Part shown: positions 63,491 to 64,000 of the stretch, in pieces | Position numbering within the stretch: the stretch's first letter is position 1 | How the letters are laid out: every line of letters starts with the position of its first letter | Assembly (NCBI GenBank): GCA_051294905.1 | Contig: CM119377.1 | Location: 21,018,001-21,082,000 of the forward strand | Reading direction: 5' to 3' | From: Botryllus schlosseri | Lineage: Eukaryota | DNA length: 64,000 nucleotides | Position numbers and translations under genes: made by a program | The notes under the pieces: generated by a model | Databases searched by the model: none | What the model saw: the letters and a program-made list of their open reading frames with translations, nothing else | Told to the model about the DNA's origin: nothing

Positions 63491-64000
63491 TCGAAATTTG
63501 CTATTATCCCGACCTGTATTTCACCCCCGCAGCACCGTCTACGATCCGCAGACTACGACGGAAGAGATTGTGCTGTTCTTTGCTATGCCATAGTTGGTTT
63601 TAATATCACATAATTGGGAAATGTTTTAGACAATCAGCCGAGTTTGTAACACTGCTTTATTTTCCAAAATACGAGATATTGCGCTACGTAAGCCTTGGTA
63701 GATGTTGTCTGCGAATCCCGGGATTTCATTGCGATTAATCCCGGGATCGGGATTTCCCGGGGTCCCAACGCTAGTATACAGTACACGGTATATAGGTTGT
63801 TGCTAAATAACTAGTGCTGTCCACAATGTAGTGTTTTCAATGTCTTTTTTCTCAAGTAATGAGATGCTACAATAGCAAATAGACATGGTGGGGTATCTGG
63901 TCCAGAATAAGTATTGCATTGGCTTAGGAGACATTTCCAATATGCATATTTTCGATACTTCTGTTCACATTTGGCACTTACTAAAGTTTACGATTTTTCT

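Larger units (their letters stand above)
62391..63773 (-). mobile_element. Internally deleted hAT transposon with BED-finger and N-terminal catalytic remnant
   Basis: TIRs TAGGGTTGGGAC / GTCCCAACGCTA; perfect TSD GTATACAG; (CCGGGAT)n arrays. Confidence 0.92.

Overview
AT-rich eukaryotic (invertebrate, probably ascidian-like; this is inference) genomic window, heavily filled with transposon debris. Host coding content is a minus-strand C-type lectin (CTL) locus of about 25 kb (26993-52112), assembled by hand from short exons that the ORF track misses. It has one set of 5' exons (ATG, then an ITIM-like motif plus a type II transmembrane segment) and two paralogous ectodomain cassettes (54-nt exon, 101-nt neck exon, CTL exons). 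The distal cassette (26993-33583) is intact with a QPD lectin domain. The proximal cassette's terminal CTL exon has a mutated acceptor and a +1 frameshift. The window also holds an intronless 1087-codon ORF (15283-18546) encoding a disordered, internally repeated protein that decays to about 19539, and a 5'-truncated GC-rich RTE-type LINE with a 910-codon ORF (54591-57393). More than 15 hAT-type MITEs or deletion derivatives carry recognisable target-site duplications (TSDs), many nested two or three deep, and there is a tRNA-derived SINE family. No rRNA, true tRNA or CRISPR array was seen. All coordinates were counted by hand and no database searches were run.
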